A stretch of DNA of 64,000 nt from Macrostomum lignano (taxonomy: Eukaryota), in assembly GCA_002269645.1 (NCBI GenBank), contig NIVC01000269.1, positions 62,001 through 126,000 on the forward strand. Direction: 5' to 3'. The position numbers were made by a program, and so were the translations under genes. The notes under the pieces were generated by a model. The model was given only the letters and a program-made list of their open reading frames with translations. It was not told the DNA's origin and did not search any database. Shown here piece by piece: positions 31,028 through 43,562 of the stretch (within the stretch, counting starts at the first letter, position 1; every line of letters starts with the position of its first letter).

Positions 31028-32864
31028 AAGTTGGTTCAGGCAAATTCAGCTCTCGGAATAATTTCGGAGCACGAGAAATGCCAGCAGACAAATTGCCCGC
31101 GGAGATTTGCCTGCAGTGCATTTGGCCGCGAGCGAATTGCCCGCCGAGTTTTTTTCCCGCGGAGGTTTTCCCACAATGTTTTTTTCCTACAGCGCATTTG
31201 CCCACGTGCGGCAGATTTTCTCCGCATTGCCTCCCCAATGCTTAGCAATTCTTAATAAAGAGATTTACCCGATCAAACGTCTTAATAGTAACTGCATCTC
31301 AAATGCACCATCTCGATAATCGTTGTTGCGGGTAAGCATCGGTTCTGCGCTGATCTGTGTGTTTATAAATATTTTTTTTGGGGGGGGGGGGCATTGCAGA
31401 CAGAATCTAGCTGCCGAATGCGCTGCAGGAAAAAAAGCATTGCGGGAAACCTCTCCGTCGTATGTGAAGTTTGAATAAAATAGCATTAGTATTTTCGTTG
31501 CAGTAAAGTAAACCTGTTTTCTCACAAAGCTTAAAACGAGTGAAGTCTAAATATGTTGCTGTTTATGTATTTAAGAATATATAAAAACTACATAACACTA
31601 AATTTAATCACTAAAGCCCTTGTTGAAGCACAAGTTTGGAATTAAACGTCTTTTAAAAATTTTTAAATTAAGCTGATCACGTCGACGGGCCAGCTATAGC
31701 CTCAGCCAAGGCCTGGACCTATCGCATCGGTTTTTATCGGACATCAATTGATTGGGCGGCATGTGTCTGTAGATTTGTAAATCCTAAATCTATACTTTAT
31801 TTCTACGTTTACTTCTGCTAACAAAGCAGATACTAGGCCTAGGCTAGGCCAAGTTTTGCAAGTTATTAATATTATTTTTTTCGATTGGTATTTCGTAGGC
31901 TAATTAATAAACTTATACAAAGCCTAGCCCTAGTTTAAAAATTTTTTGCTTATTTGTCAATTGTATAAAAAATTTCAGAAATCTAGATAATAGATATCCT
32001 ATTAGGGACTTCAGTGAGGCTGAGGGTCCCATGACTTGCCAGTATACATAGGCCCCCTAGGCCCTATGTATATAACGTTGGCCGATCGGTTTTTACTGAC
32101 GTTAAACCGACATTAAAATGTACGGCGATTTTCCTCTTTCGTTCGTTTAATTCCAACCCCCACCCCCCACCACCCTTGAAATAATTCCGGAAATAATTAA
32201 ACGAACGAAAGAGGAAGATTGCCAAATGTACATAGAGGGAGTGGGGTGGCTGCACACTGATGACAAGTAGAATGGGGTGGCTGACAGGGAAATCCCCAAG
32301 GCCACCACAAGGTGCATAATAAAAAGCAAAGCAAACTAAGCAAATGGCGTGATTCTGCATTGATGACTCACTCTAGGAAGTGTAAATTTGAATGAAAATA
32401 AAGCCTAGGTTTTTTGCAAATGAATAGCCTAATTTTTTAAAATCAATTGCATAAAAAACAAGAATAGGCCTACACATAGCATTGTAGGGTTTATTTCTTT
32501 GTCATTTAAATATCCCACTATGAATGGGTCCCAGGTTGAATACCAATACCAAAGCTATATTTATTAAGGTTGCCTAGGCCTACTATTATTGCAATCCCAC
32601 CAGCCAGCCAGCCTCTAGAAAGTTACACCTTTCAAAGTTGGTATACAATTTTGGCATACAAATTAATGCAAATTTTTGGTATACAAATTTGGCATACAAA
32701 TTCATGCCAATTTTTGGCATTAGTTGGCCTAAGTCAGAAAAGAATTAGGTAAGTTGCAAAGGATTAAGTAAGTTGCAAAAATGATTAGCTAAGTTACAAA
32801 AAAAGTAGGTAAGTTGCAAAAGAAGCAAACTAAGTCTCAAAAAGGATTAAGCCTAGGTAAGTTG

Positions 32865-33096
32865 CCCTATTGCAGCCAATGGCCATTTTCGTGGACGGCG
32901 TCTGGCGCGGATTGGCCTGGCGGCGGCGCGGCGCGTGGCGGCGGCGTGGCGTGTGGCGGCGGCGCGCGGCGAGCCATTGACTGACTAATTGAACCAAATC
33001 ACTGATCCTGGGGACTGGCCCTGGCGCAGTACGGGTAGATGTCTGGCGCAGGAAAGGGGGGCGTCCGGCGCGGTTCAGACCTTGGCTGCAATAGGG
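32865..33096. mobile_element. GC-rich 232-bp insert with 15-bp terminal inverted repeats (MITE-like)
   Basis: CCCTATTGCAGCCAA (32865-32879) / TTGGCTGCAATAGGG (33082-33096). Flanks GTAAGTTG / ATAAGTTG match 7 of 8. Confidence 0.6.
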
Positions 33097-35022
33097 ATAA
33101 GTTGCATAAAGGATAAGATAAAAGATTAGAATGCAAAGGAGAAAGAAGAGATAAGAGAAAAGAGGAGAGAGGAGAGATGAGGGATAAGAAAAAAGAAAGA
33201 AAGGAGATAGATTAGAATATTGAGCAGAGGAGAAAAGTTGCTAAGGCCTCATGAATCTTAATTTAATATGCATTTATACCTATCTTTGTTTGCCTTTTTA
33301 ACAAGTTTTTGTTTAAGCATGACTTCAAATTTAGGAATCTATGTAAAATAGCTCCTAGAATGGGAATTTAAGGTTTCAAAATCTGCTGGTTTTAATAGCT
33401 TATATCTCTACTAGATTCATATTTTGCATTGCCTCATTTGATCAGCCATCTAAATTAGCTAAGGCTCTCATCTTCCATGCCAAACTGTCTAGCAAGTGGA
33501 ATTATTCTTGAGCTATAGGTGAATACATTGTGAATTGTATCATACTATAGACACTCTAGTCACTTTACTTTTTCTTCTAGATATTCATGAATCATGACTT
33601 ATGTAATATGCTCATTATACTGTAATAAAACAATTTACAAATTGCCTCACGAGCTGCCACTTGATGGCATACTGATCAGCTGTTATAAAAACAAATAATC
33701 TGCATAGTACTAATTAGCTAATGAGGCATTTAGCCTAAAAATATGGTCATAGTTACTCTTGCTGTTTACCCAAAAGTACATTTATTTTGCTTAGCTTTCT
33801 TTCATAGGTAAGTTACATTTTTGATTGCAAACTATGTCATACAACCAGCATAATTTCAAAGGTTACACATGTTGACATGTATAACCTTTTTTAAGAGAAA
33901 TTTTTGGCGTGCATTTTAGGGAACTTTTTAGGCATATACTGCATATATTTAACTAAGATAAAATTCTTGTTCTGACATATAATATTACACAAGATAGAAA
34001 TCTTAGAATAAGCCAAAGGCCTAAGGTCTAGGTAAGCCCTATTAGTTTAAGTATTTGTCTAATTAAGTCTGAGAATGTATCTCAGTATTTGTTTTTCTTA
34101 ATTTATTGGCCTAACATTCTTTTTTTCTAAGCCTTATTATTGGACTTTATATTAGCAGCCTAACATTCTTATTATGTACCAAGTAAGTCTATTATTGACC
34201 TAGTTCTTAGAATAATTAGTTGTAAATATTTCTTAGTAATTAATCTAGTTAAAGGTTGGCAAAATTTTTATCTGAAGGATCGAATAAAGAACCTATAGCA
34301 TATGACTATGGGCCAAAAATGAGGAAAGATGATAAAAAATAATATTCAATTATCTAGTCCTTAAGCATCACTAAGAGTAACTGAATAAAGGCAATACTAT
34401 GCTTTTTTGGGTGATTCTTCTTCATTGCATTGCCAAGCTTGCAAAACTGATGTAACTATTGGCATTCATTGTCTAGTGGCAAGGGAGCAACTCCTAAAAT
34501 AGTAGGCCTTGCTAGTCCCAGAAGACAGTCAACAATTGCTTCCAACCATTATAGATAGCAAATGATAGTATTCTCACTATGTCTAGTTGCCTTTTTCAAA
34601 TCCTAAAAATTAGAATCTAGATGCAACTGCAACTAGTGGTGCAAGGCCTCTATCAAAGGCAGGTGGCTAGCCAAGGTGAGGCAAAGCCTTGTAGTTGGGA
34701 GGATCTCTAGCAAATTATTTTTTTGTAAAAAAAACTTAACTTCTCAAGCAGAAACTGCTGATTATTAAGCAAATAGCAAACCAAGAGCAGGTCATAAAGG
34801 CATAAGTAGAGATAAACACATAGCTAGGACTCATATCAGGGGGGAGGACAGAGACATAAATCCATCTCTAATAAAAGTGATCAAAGCAAAAAGGCAATAA
34901 AAATCCTCCCCTTTCCTTTTTTCTAGGGAGGACAAATTACTCAATGCCCCCCTGGCTATGCCACCCTAGGTAAAGATCCATAATAGTTGAAAACAAAAAA
35001 TTAGATAGGGTAGACAAGGAGC

Positions 35023-35194
35023 CATGCTTGGGCGCAACCTTGGGATTCGCCCGGCCGTTTCTATTGGCAACACATGCATGTGGGTCGCTATTGGCTGAGA
35101 GCAGTCACGTGACTACTGTTCTGTCCAATAGCGACTTACATGCGTGTGTTGCCAATAGAGGCGGCCGAGTGAATCCCAAAGTTGCGCATGTATG
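35023..35194. mobile_element. Palindromic MITE with 8-bp TSD (hAT-like)
   Basis: Near-perfect ~160-bp foldback centred on AGTCACGTGACT, flanked by the exact direct repeat CAAGGAGC (35015-35022, 35195-35202). Confidence 0.75.
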
Positions 35195-35435
35195 CAAGGA
35201 GCAGACAACATAGAACCAGTTAGATATGGTTGAATATAAGCTCTACACAGGGCAAGCTAATAAATATAATTTTATTCAACAAATTTCATTTCAGATAGTC
35301 TAAAATCAATGATCAATGCATTTTAATTGATTTCTATTATTATCAACCAGGAAGTTCTAGACTATTTACTTATTCAGGAGTCTCATTTTAGATTATAATA
35401 ATAAGTCAAAAAATAAATTATTTAGTTACCTCAAC

Positions 35436-38094
35436 ATGACAATTGAACACACTTGGAAACCAGTTACTTTATTGCTAGTTGAATATCCAGTTGGTAAGTT
35501 TATTGTTTGTGGAAAATATTTTTAATAACATAAAATCATTGTTTTTAAAGTAAAACTACATTTATTCATTTCTTTAGGTGATCATCTTGGCCTAGCACTG
35601 GCTTGGTTGAGCTTCTTTCCTATCTTTTTCATCATTGGCTGTCTGTCAATTGTGCTGTTACGAAGAGATTTGCACACTGTGAGCTTCATTCAAATATTTA
35701 TTTAGTATAATACATTATATTGTAAATAGGATGATAATATATTCTTTTTAATTTCTACCATTTTCAGATTACATTCTTAGCTGGTATATTTATTAATGAA
35801 GGAATTAATTTGATTATTAAAAAATATTTAAAGCATCCAAGACCTGTGATGGATCCTGGTAAGCTGAATGATCAGATATTGTATACCTTGGTTCAGGTTA
35901 TTGTCAGTTAAAGCACTTATATAGCACCACTAGCAGCCTTTCCTGTCTTCCTGTCTTTCCTGAACCCCTTCCTGAAGTTCCTGTCCTTAGTCAAGTCCCC
36001 AGCTAGCCCCTTTCCTGTCCTTAGTCAAGTCCACAGCTAGCCCCTTTCCTGTCCTTAGTCAAGTCCACAGCTAGCATCCCTTCCTGTCCTTAGTCAAGTC
36101 CACAGCTAGCATCCCTTCCTGTCCTTAGTCAAGTCCATAGCTAGCACCCTCCCTGTCCTTAGTCAAGTCCCCAGCTAGCCCCTTTCCTGTCCTTAGTCAA
36201 GTCCACAGCTAGCATCCCTTCCTGTCCTTAGTCAAGTCCACAGCTAGCATCCCTTCCTGTCCTTAGTCAAGTCCACAGCTAGCACCCTCCCTGTCCTTAG
36301 TCAAGTCCACAGCTAGCCCCTTTTCTGTCCTTAGTCAAGTCCACAGCTAGCCCCTTTTCTGTCCTTAGTCAAGTCCACAGCTAGCACCCTCCCTGTCCTT
36401 AGTCAAGTCCCCAGCTAGCCCCTTTCCTGTCCTTAGTCAAGTCCACAGCTAGCATCCCTTCCTGTCCTTAGTCAAGTCCACAGCTAGCATCCCTTCCTGT
36501 CCTTAGTCAAGTCCATAGCTAGCACCCTCCCTGTCCTTAGTCAAGTCCACAGCTAGCACCCTCCCTGTCCTTAGTCAAGTCCACAGCTAGCCCCTTTTCT
36601 GTCCTTAGTCAAGTCCACAGCTAGCCCCTTTTCTGTCCTTAGTCAAGTCCACAGCTAGCCCCTTTTCTGTGCTTAGTCAAGTCCACAGCTAGCCCCTTTT
36701 CTGTGCTTAGTCAAGTCCACAGCTAGCCCCTTTTCTGTGCTTAGTCAAGTCCACAGCTAGCCCCTTTTCTGTGCTTAGTCAAGTCCACAGCTAGCCCCTT
36801 TTCTGTGCTTAGTCAAGTCCACAGCTAGCCCCTTTTCTGTGCTTAGTCAAGTCCACAACTAGCACCCTTCCTGTCTTCTTTTCAATAAATATTAGTACAC
36901 TGTTCAGTAATCTTTGCTACTTATAACAATCCTGAGAAGTAGTATAATAAAGACAAATTTATGAAACAATAGTCACTATGCATATGAACATTGATGCAGG
37001 TCGATACAAACTGTCATCCTATGGAATGCCATCCGATCACGCGCAAGCCACATCGTTCATAGTGACCTACCTGTGCCTGTTTGTGCTGCTTCGTTTGTAT
37101 CGCAACGCCAGTTTACTAGAAGATCTGTGGAAATACATCCTTTGCTGCTGTCTTGTTGGCATTGGCGGCGGGGTTGCCTTTAGCAGGTGATCGAGATGAA
37201 TATTATTCTATATTGAGCTGTGATAAATTGGCTTTCAATAAAAACTTGAAAGTAAGAAAACTTTGTTTGAATATGAATAAATAGCAAATCTCTGTTGATT
37301 CATCCGTTTTGTAGGGTATACCTCGGTTATCACACCTGGTCGCAGGTTGGTTGCGGCTCACTACTGGGTGTTTTAGCTGGTTTGGCCTGGTTCCTTCTGG
37401 TGCATTGGCACTTGAGCAACTATTTTTCACTGCTGGCTAACAGGCAAGTAAATAAACAGTGAAGAGATTGATGGTTAGATTAGTTAGTCACATTAGGGGC
37501 CGACACTAGATTGTCATCAGAGTGCTGGCACTCGATGATAGTGAGTGAGATTAAGGGTACTGACACTAGGTAGTGAGTACGATTTAGTGTACAGTACTGA
37601 CACTAGATAGTAAGAGTAAGGGTGCTGACACTAGTTAGTGAGTAAGATTAAGGGTGCTGACACTATAGTTAGTGAGTAAGATTAAGGGTGCTGACACTAG
37701 TTAGTGAGTAAGATTAAGGGTGCTGACACTATAGTTAGTGAGTAAGATTAAGGGCGCTGACACTAGTTAGTGAGTAAGATTAAGGGCGCTGACACTAGTT
37801 AGTGAGTAAGATTAAGGGTGCTGACACTAGTTAGTGAGAGAAAGTAAGGGTGCTGACACAAGTTACTGAGAGAGAGTAAGGGTGCTGACACAAGTTACTG
37901 AGAGAGAGTAAGGGTGCTGACACTATTTGACAACACTAACTGACGCAAGCCACTCCGAACTGAAACTTTGCAGTCCAATTGGCAACCAATTGTTATTGAG
38001 AGATTGCAGTACAATTCCTAATGTTCTCTACTTTGAGTACGTGCACATCAAGAAGGAGAGCACGCACAGGCAGCGGCGTAAAGGATCGTGCTAG
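35436..38094 (+). CDS. DOLPP1: Dolichyldiphosphatase 1 (PAP2 family); join(35436..35493,35578..35678,35768..35858,37000..37186,37315..37443,37974..38094), 228 aa
   Basis: WKPVTLLLVEYPVGD..LRRDLHT, PAP2 motifs KKYLKHPRP / YGMPSDH / SRVYLGYHTWSQV, C-terminal RDCSTIPNVLYFEY. All junction phases are consistent; last intron is GC-AG (37444..37973). Confidence 0.93.
35975..36876 (+). repeat. 35-36-bp minisatellite, DOLPP1 intron 3
   Basis: Unit approx TTCCTGTCCTTAGTCAAGTCCACAGCTAGC(A)CCCT. Confidence 0.95.
37545..37925 (+). repeat. 32-33-bp minisatellite, DOLPP1 intron 5
   Basis: Unit TAAGGGTGCTGACACTAGTTAGTGAGTAAGAT. Confidence 0.9.
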
Positions 38095-39584
38095 CGGTAG
38101 TGAAGTTTTTGTGATATTAATTTTAATTGACTTTTCGCACTATAAGTAGTAATTTTGCCATAAAAATCCGAGTTCTCTTGCCATTTCTCTGTTAATTAAA
38201 AGTGACTATTAAATGTCAAATATAATATTATAGTTTGTGCCTTCGAGATCAAATCACAATTTATGCTCTAATCCTAATTTGCCAACGGTTTATGTAACGC
38301 TTATAGCGCACATTTCATTATTTAAACTAAATACCTGACAGACCTTAACCAAATCTTACCCCAATATCTTGGCTTGTTGCAAAAATGCTAACAAAATAAT
38401 CTAATTTCCATGCTTATATAGATAACATTTTTATAACTTTTGTTTTGATTTTTTGTTAGAATTAATTTTAATTTCCTTAGTTCTTTAATACTAATTCTAC
38501 TGTTAATTATGACGACGTTTTGATTCTGAATCCGTCTTGCACCAAACTTTACAGCCGTCCCGGATATAGTCACCATTTTTATTTAAGCACATTTGAATTA
38601 CAATGGAAAGACTGAAATTAACTTTTGCGATTTGAGGACTTGACTTGAGTAAAGTAGCTGCAGGGGCTCCTGGCACCCGGATGCAGCGGGAGGCTGGCGA
38701 AGTCCGGAAAGTCCCTCCTCTCCGGTAGAGTCCAGGAGGTGGATGGTCGTGTTTGGCCCAGGTAGAGGCGGGGCTTTCAACAGATAGGTGCTTCCGTATT
38801 CTCAACACGGGGGAGGCTGAATGGGCATTTTTCACTGCAGATTTTATCTCGAAAAGAACAGGAGATTAAAGTACGCCTGTACTGTACTCGTGACACTTGT
38901 TTCATTGACTTTTTTCGTGATTTAATCTTCTTTAAAATGTTATTATACTTGTTGCTTGCTTGGTAGAAGGGTGCTGCTCTTGCGAGTAACTGTTGCTCTT
39001 GATTTATATGAGCGTACATTTTATTAAACGCAATCGTTTCGCATCACACGTCCATCCAGTAGAGATCTGGACTTTAATGAGCTACAGTTAAAAGAAAACT
39101 GTTTTTGATTTTCCCCATATCATTTATTTGCAAAAAATTGGACAAAATTTCCAAGGCGCATCTAAAACCACGTTGGAACTTTAATATTGCGGCTGATATT
39201 GAACTAATAAATAAAGAGTACATTAAATGTGAAATCTGGTGTATTTGTATATGGAATTAAAAACAGCCCAGATTTAAGAAAATCAACTTGGACGGATGCT
39301 TATTTTTTAAATACATAAAGCGTTATATTATGATTTTAATAATTAATAAACATAGATAGAGTTGGGTGTCAGAGTAAATAATCAGTGTGTGAGAGTAGAG
39401 AACTAGCGGTGTCAGTACAGTTACAAGGAATTGCAAATTAAACGCAGTCAATGCATCAGCACACAATATCATTAATAGCTACTTGTAGTAGGCTGTAAAA
39501 GGACATCGAGAACCTGCCCGAGATCTAATCGACGAAAATGCACTTTAATATACCAACAGTATCTAATTTTAAAAGACTGGTCAG

Positions 39585-40625
39585 TCAGTATCGACAGTTT
39601 CTGCGCCATGCGCCGCCGCCAACACCGACATTCCAACGACGCATGACGCTAGCCAGACTCTCTGTGGTCGATGCTGGCCAAATCGACATACCTGGTCGAA
39701 GCAGATGACCGACAGTGTCGACCAGGCAATCGTCGGAACCGACAGCGGGCTCGACAACCGCCTCCTCTGGTCGCCAGTGCTCAGTGGGATCTGGCGGTGC
39801 CGACGTCGCTGCCGATGCCGATGCCGCTGTCGATGTCGATCGTGATTTATTAAACCGCTGCGGCGGTCGTCGAGTCGACCAGGCCGATTCGTCAACGGCG
39901 ACTCGTTCGACACTGCCGGCCGACAGGTCGAGTCGACGAAGACTGACGAACAGCTGCTCGCCAGGTGCCGCATTAACCGCGGCGGAGCGAGCTTCGACTA
40001 GACGGGGATCGTCCTTGGATACAGGCAAGTCGCTCAGATCCTCAGCGACGTTGTCGTCCACTTCTTCGGCAACAACAGCTGAGCGCAGAGTCTGCAGTCG
40101 CTGCTGCAGTCGGAGGCTGGTGCCACGCTGCGGTGCGGCCAGCACCGAGGCTGCCACAGCGGTGCCTGAAGCGGCGGCTTCATCAGTCAGTCTGTCACAA
40201 TCCATGCCACTCGGCGGCACTGTCACAATTGCCGCGTCACCATCGCTATTGTCGACAAAATCATTTTTGTGTTCCTCTTTCGGTGGCATGCAACGATAGG
40301 GCAGGCGGACTGGAGTTGAATCGACAAAAGTTACCCGTCGTCCGCGACTGTCGCTGTTAAATGCCTGCCGACGGGTTCCGTTGCTGACCGCGGCGGCGGA
40401 GGCCGCGACATCCTCCGGCGTGCAAGTCAACTCGTCGTCCGGCGTCGGCGCGGATAGCGGCGTCGCTGGCGAGCGCCAGGCGGCGGAGGTTGGCGCGCCA
40501 CAGGCGCCATTCATAGTGGTAGACGAGATGTCGGATGCTGAAGTTAAGCTGAGCGCGCTCATCCGTCTAGGATGCTGCTGCTGCTGCATGGGTTGTTGAT
40601 TAGATAAAGTCAGAATTGGATTCAT
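39585..40625 (-). CDS. Unknown low-complexity protein, 346 aa, apparently intronless
   Basis: 1041-nt ATG-to-stop ORF in a GC-rich island with AT-rich flanks. Ala/Ser-rich; contains RRVTF (RVxF-like). TTTCAG acceptor 9 nt upstream of the ATG. No family recognised. Confidence 0.6.
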   Translation of the reverse strand: MNPILTLSNQQPMQQQQHPRRMSALSLTSASDISSTTMNGACGAPTSAAWRSPATPLSAPTPDDELTCTPEDVAASAAAVSNGTRRQAFNSDSRGRRVTFVDSTPVRLPYRCMPPKEEHKNDFVDNSDGDAAIVTVPPSGMDCDRLTDEAAASGTAVAASVLAAPQRGTSLRLQQRLQTLRSAVVAEEVDDNVAEDLSDLPVSKDDPRLVEARSAAVNAAPGEQLFVSLRRLDLSAGSVERVAVDESAWSTRRPPQRFNKSRSTSTAASASAATSAPPDPTEHWRPEEAVVEPAVGSDDCLVDTVGHLLRPGMSIWPASTTESLASVMRRWNVGVGGGAWRRNCRY

Positions 40626-41061
40626 GGCGAAGAGCTGAAATGATTCAGAGAAGATGTACTTTTTGCATCGACTCTGAAGTGCATTGTACTTTTGTTTCAG
40701 TGCACTTTGTGTACTTTAAAGCGAAAAATATACCATAATGAGTTAAAAAATCACTTTATAATCCAAACGCTAAGAAAATGCGCGTATTTACGACTATATA
40801 TTTGTTTCTTATTGACAAAGAAGTACACAACTTTTACAACAATTTTTTTATATTTGAGTCGAACTTTATTCTTGAAAACTGAAATTATTTAACACAGTTG
40901 GTTAAAACTGACATACGTGGCAGTGACGGCTTGGATCAGTGTCAATTAAAGGGAGGTGGGTGTTAATTGGAGTGAGGTGGGTGTTACTTTGAGTTATTGT
41001 AGATATGAGGTTAAATTTATAGAGATTGCTAAGGGTCGATTGCCTAATTGATTAAAGCATC

Positions 41062-43186
41062 CTATTGCTGACACTGACGCAACATGCTGATATGCCGGCG
41101 AAGCTTCCTAGACGACGGAGACCGACGACTGGTCGCAACGCGCTTTAAACAAGCCGACAACTGACGCGCCAATTGTAATTCCCAATTTCTAGCCGCGGCT
41201 TTGAAATTGGCGTCGCTGCCGTCTCTGTTGAACGATACTGGCGGAAGCTGCGATACGCGACCGCCGTTGAGGTCAAATAAAGTTGCAAGAAATGAAACAT
41301 TGTCCGAACCGCCTGGATGTCGGTTAGTCAAGTGAGTGATGGCAGCTACAAAGGGTCCAACTGAACTAGCTAGGCACTGGTCTGTGCCAGACTCAACTCT
41401 GGCTAGAAATAGACGATCACAACGAGGACAAGCGACTGTTAAAAGCAACTTCATAGATGGCAGATTGGCGAACAGTTCCGACATTGGACAGCAGACTGGA
41501 TGACTTCGCCAGTGCGTGTGCAGCTCCGAGGAGCTGGCGAATAAAATCGGTTGGCCGCCGTCGATGCCTTTGCAGCATAGTCCTCGACAAGTGTACTCAT
41601 TGGCTGTTACTGCTACTCGTTTGCGACTAACAATAGGACGGGCGGCCCACATCTCTCTGTGCAATTGTGAAAGGGAGGCGGTGAACACGTAGTAAGTCTT
41701 TACGTCCTCACGCGGCTCGTAAGGCGGTTAAGTAGACGGTTGCTAATTCAAATGTTTGGTAGAGTGATTCTTAATAATTGCTAGGGTGATGGTCAGTGTT
41801 TTCTATAGCGATTCTAGTACTTCTAGAGAGCACTATTGACTGAAAATTATTTGGAGAAATAGATCATTGTGCACCCTAAAATTATACTTGTCAGACCCAG
41901 TTTTAAACCCTTCCTAGTAGACCTAGTCTTAAACCAAAAAGGACAAAAGTTTAGCGGTTAATCAGTTCGGACACACCACGACTGCCGCTTTGACTTTTGG
42001 CAGTGCACAATGCCACACTGAGAACTTAAAATTAGCTAGCTAACCTTCCAGTGCGATGCTCTAGGCTGTAATGCAAACCGCACGCGAATCTGCAACCAAC
42101 CGGCATTGCGCAATCGGGACACAGAATTTCCAAATCAGGATTTCCCTGCGCCGCAACTGGTTGTCTTTGAACACACCGAGGCGACACCACCGATTGAACT
42201 GTGGCAACATCCGACTGACGAATACATTCACTAGCGGTGACGTGGCCGCTCACAGTCAAGTGTAGCCGAATTTCATCTCTGCCCGTTCGGCATAAATTGC
42301 AGATGTCGCATTGAAATATGCTACTGATTGACGTTTCGTCGCCAGCATCGCTCAAGAAGGAACTAGCGTCTGTTTTATCTTCAATTCGGGCTATTTTAGC
42401 GTCAGAATCGGCATCTGAAAGACCCGATCGCTTTCCAAGGCTTGTACCTGGCTGGCACAATTTATGAGAGTTTGTTTGAGAGTTGTCGGTAAAAGAAACA
42501 GTTTGAACATTGGGCAGCGATACACTGACAATTTCAACATCTGAATCAGATGAATTTTCCGAGTCGCTGTCACCAGAATGACGTAACTCTTCACGATCCT
42601 GTGATTGACTAGCGTTCTCACGTAATTCTACAGAGGCCTGTGATTGGCTGGCGGAAATTGCACTATTTTGGCGTAATTCTACAGAGGCCTGGGATTGGCT
42701 GGCACTATTTTGGCGTAATTCCATAGAGGACTGTGATTGGCTGGTACTAAACTGACGTAATTCTACAGAAGCCTGTGATTGGCTGGTACTAAACTGACGT
42801 AATTCTAAGGAGGCCTGTGATTGGCTAGCACCCGAGTGATGCCTTTTATTAAGCACCTGTGCCTGCCTATCATCAATGTCTCGAAAAGGGTCACATTGTG
42901 GCATGTTTCCTGTACCAGGTCGCATTGGAGAATCATGAGGATAAGGCGTCTGATTAAGCACTTTAAGTCTAGGCGGATTCGACAGGTGCAAATGGTGCAC
43001 CCGGTTGACCCAACTGCCCTGACGACTGGCGCTATTTAGCCAGGACTGACGAAAACTAGCAGCAGCCTGTTGTATCGCCTGAGTTGAATAGCTCTGATAG
43101 TTTCTACTACTACTAGTAGTACTACTACCGCCGGTCAGTATTCTATTATCGCGAGCTCTGCCAAAGTGCTCATTGCGTCTGCGCAT
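41062..43186 (-). CDS. Zinc-finger protein with SQ-rich repeat and putative SIM; complement(join(41062..41656,42045..43186))
   Basis: Phase-2 donor AG|GTTAGC (42044) and acceptor CACAG| (41657) join two long ORFs. Fingers C-x2-C-x12-H-x5-H (CDIC..HLTVSGH) and C-x2-C-x12-H-x4-H (CPDC..HYSLEH), plus two more atypical Cys/His clusters. Also six 13-17 aa SQSQ units and DSDVEIVSV. Confidence 0.7.
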
Positions 43187-43562
43187 CTGAAAGTTGGAAG
43201 GTAAACAGTTTTACAAATAATTTGTAAAAAAAACTTTTATTTATTAATAGAGCGAATAGCAGAAGTAGAGATACAACTAAAATACAATATAATGAAAAAA
43301 TAGCAAGAATTAATACAATCGGTGCATGACATGCAGTATGAAAGAATAGTTTTTTATTTAGTCATTTCTTTTACAAAAGGGAGGCTTAAATAACAAGGTA
43401 TTAGGTAGGGTGTAGTACGAGCTTCATTATAAATGAGATCGTTATAATAATGACTATGGTGGGCAGCAGGTTCAAAATCTGAATTAATTTGATTAATAGA
43501 ACAAGTCAAACTTACTAACTATCAATTAAATCTTTGTTGTCAAGGTAAGCAACCTTGAAGGT

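Noticed and set aside
34655-34970. MITE with GGTGGCTAGCCAAGG / CCTGGCTATGCCACC ends
   Set aside because: The inverted match is short and imperfect and no TSD was found.
38503-38835. Minus-strand ORF with an upstream CTGCAG as an extra exon or fourth operon gene
   Set aside because: No ATG after the acceptor in the long frame, no matching donor found and no recognisable domain.
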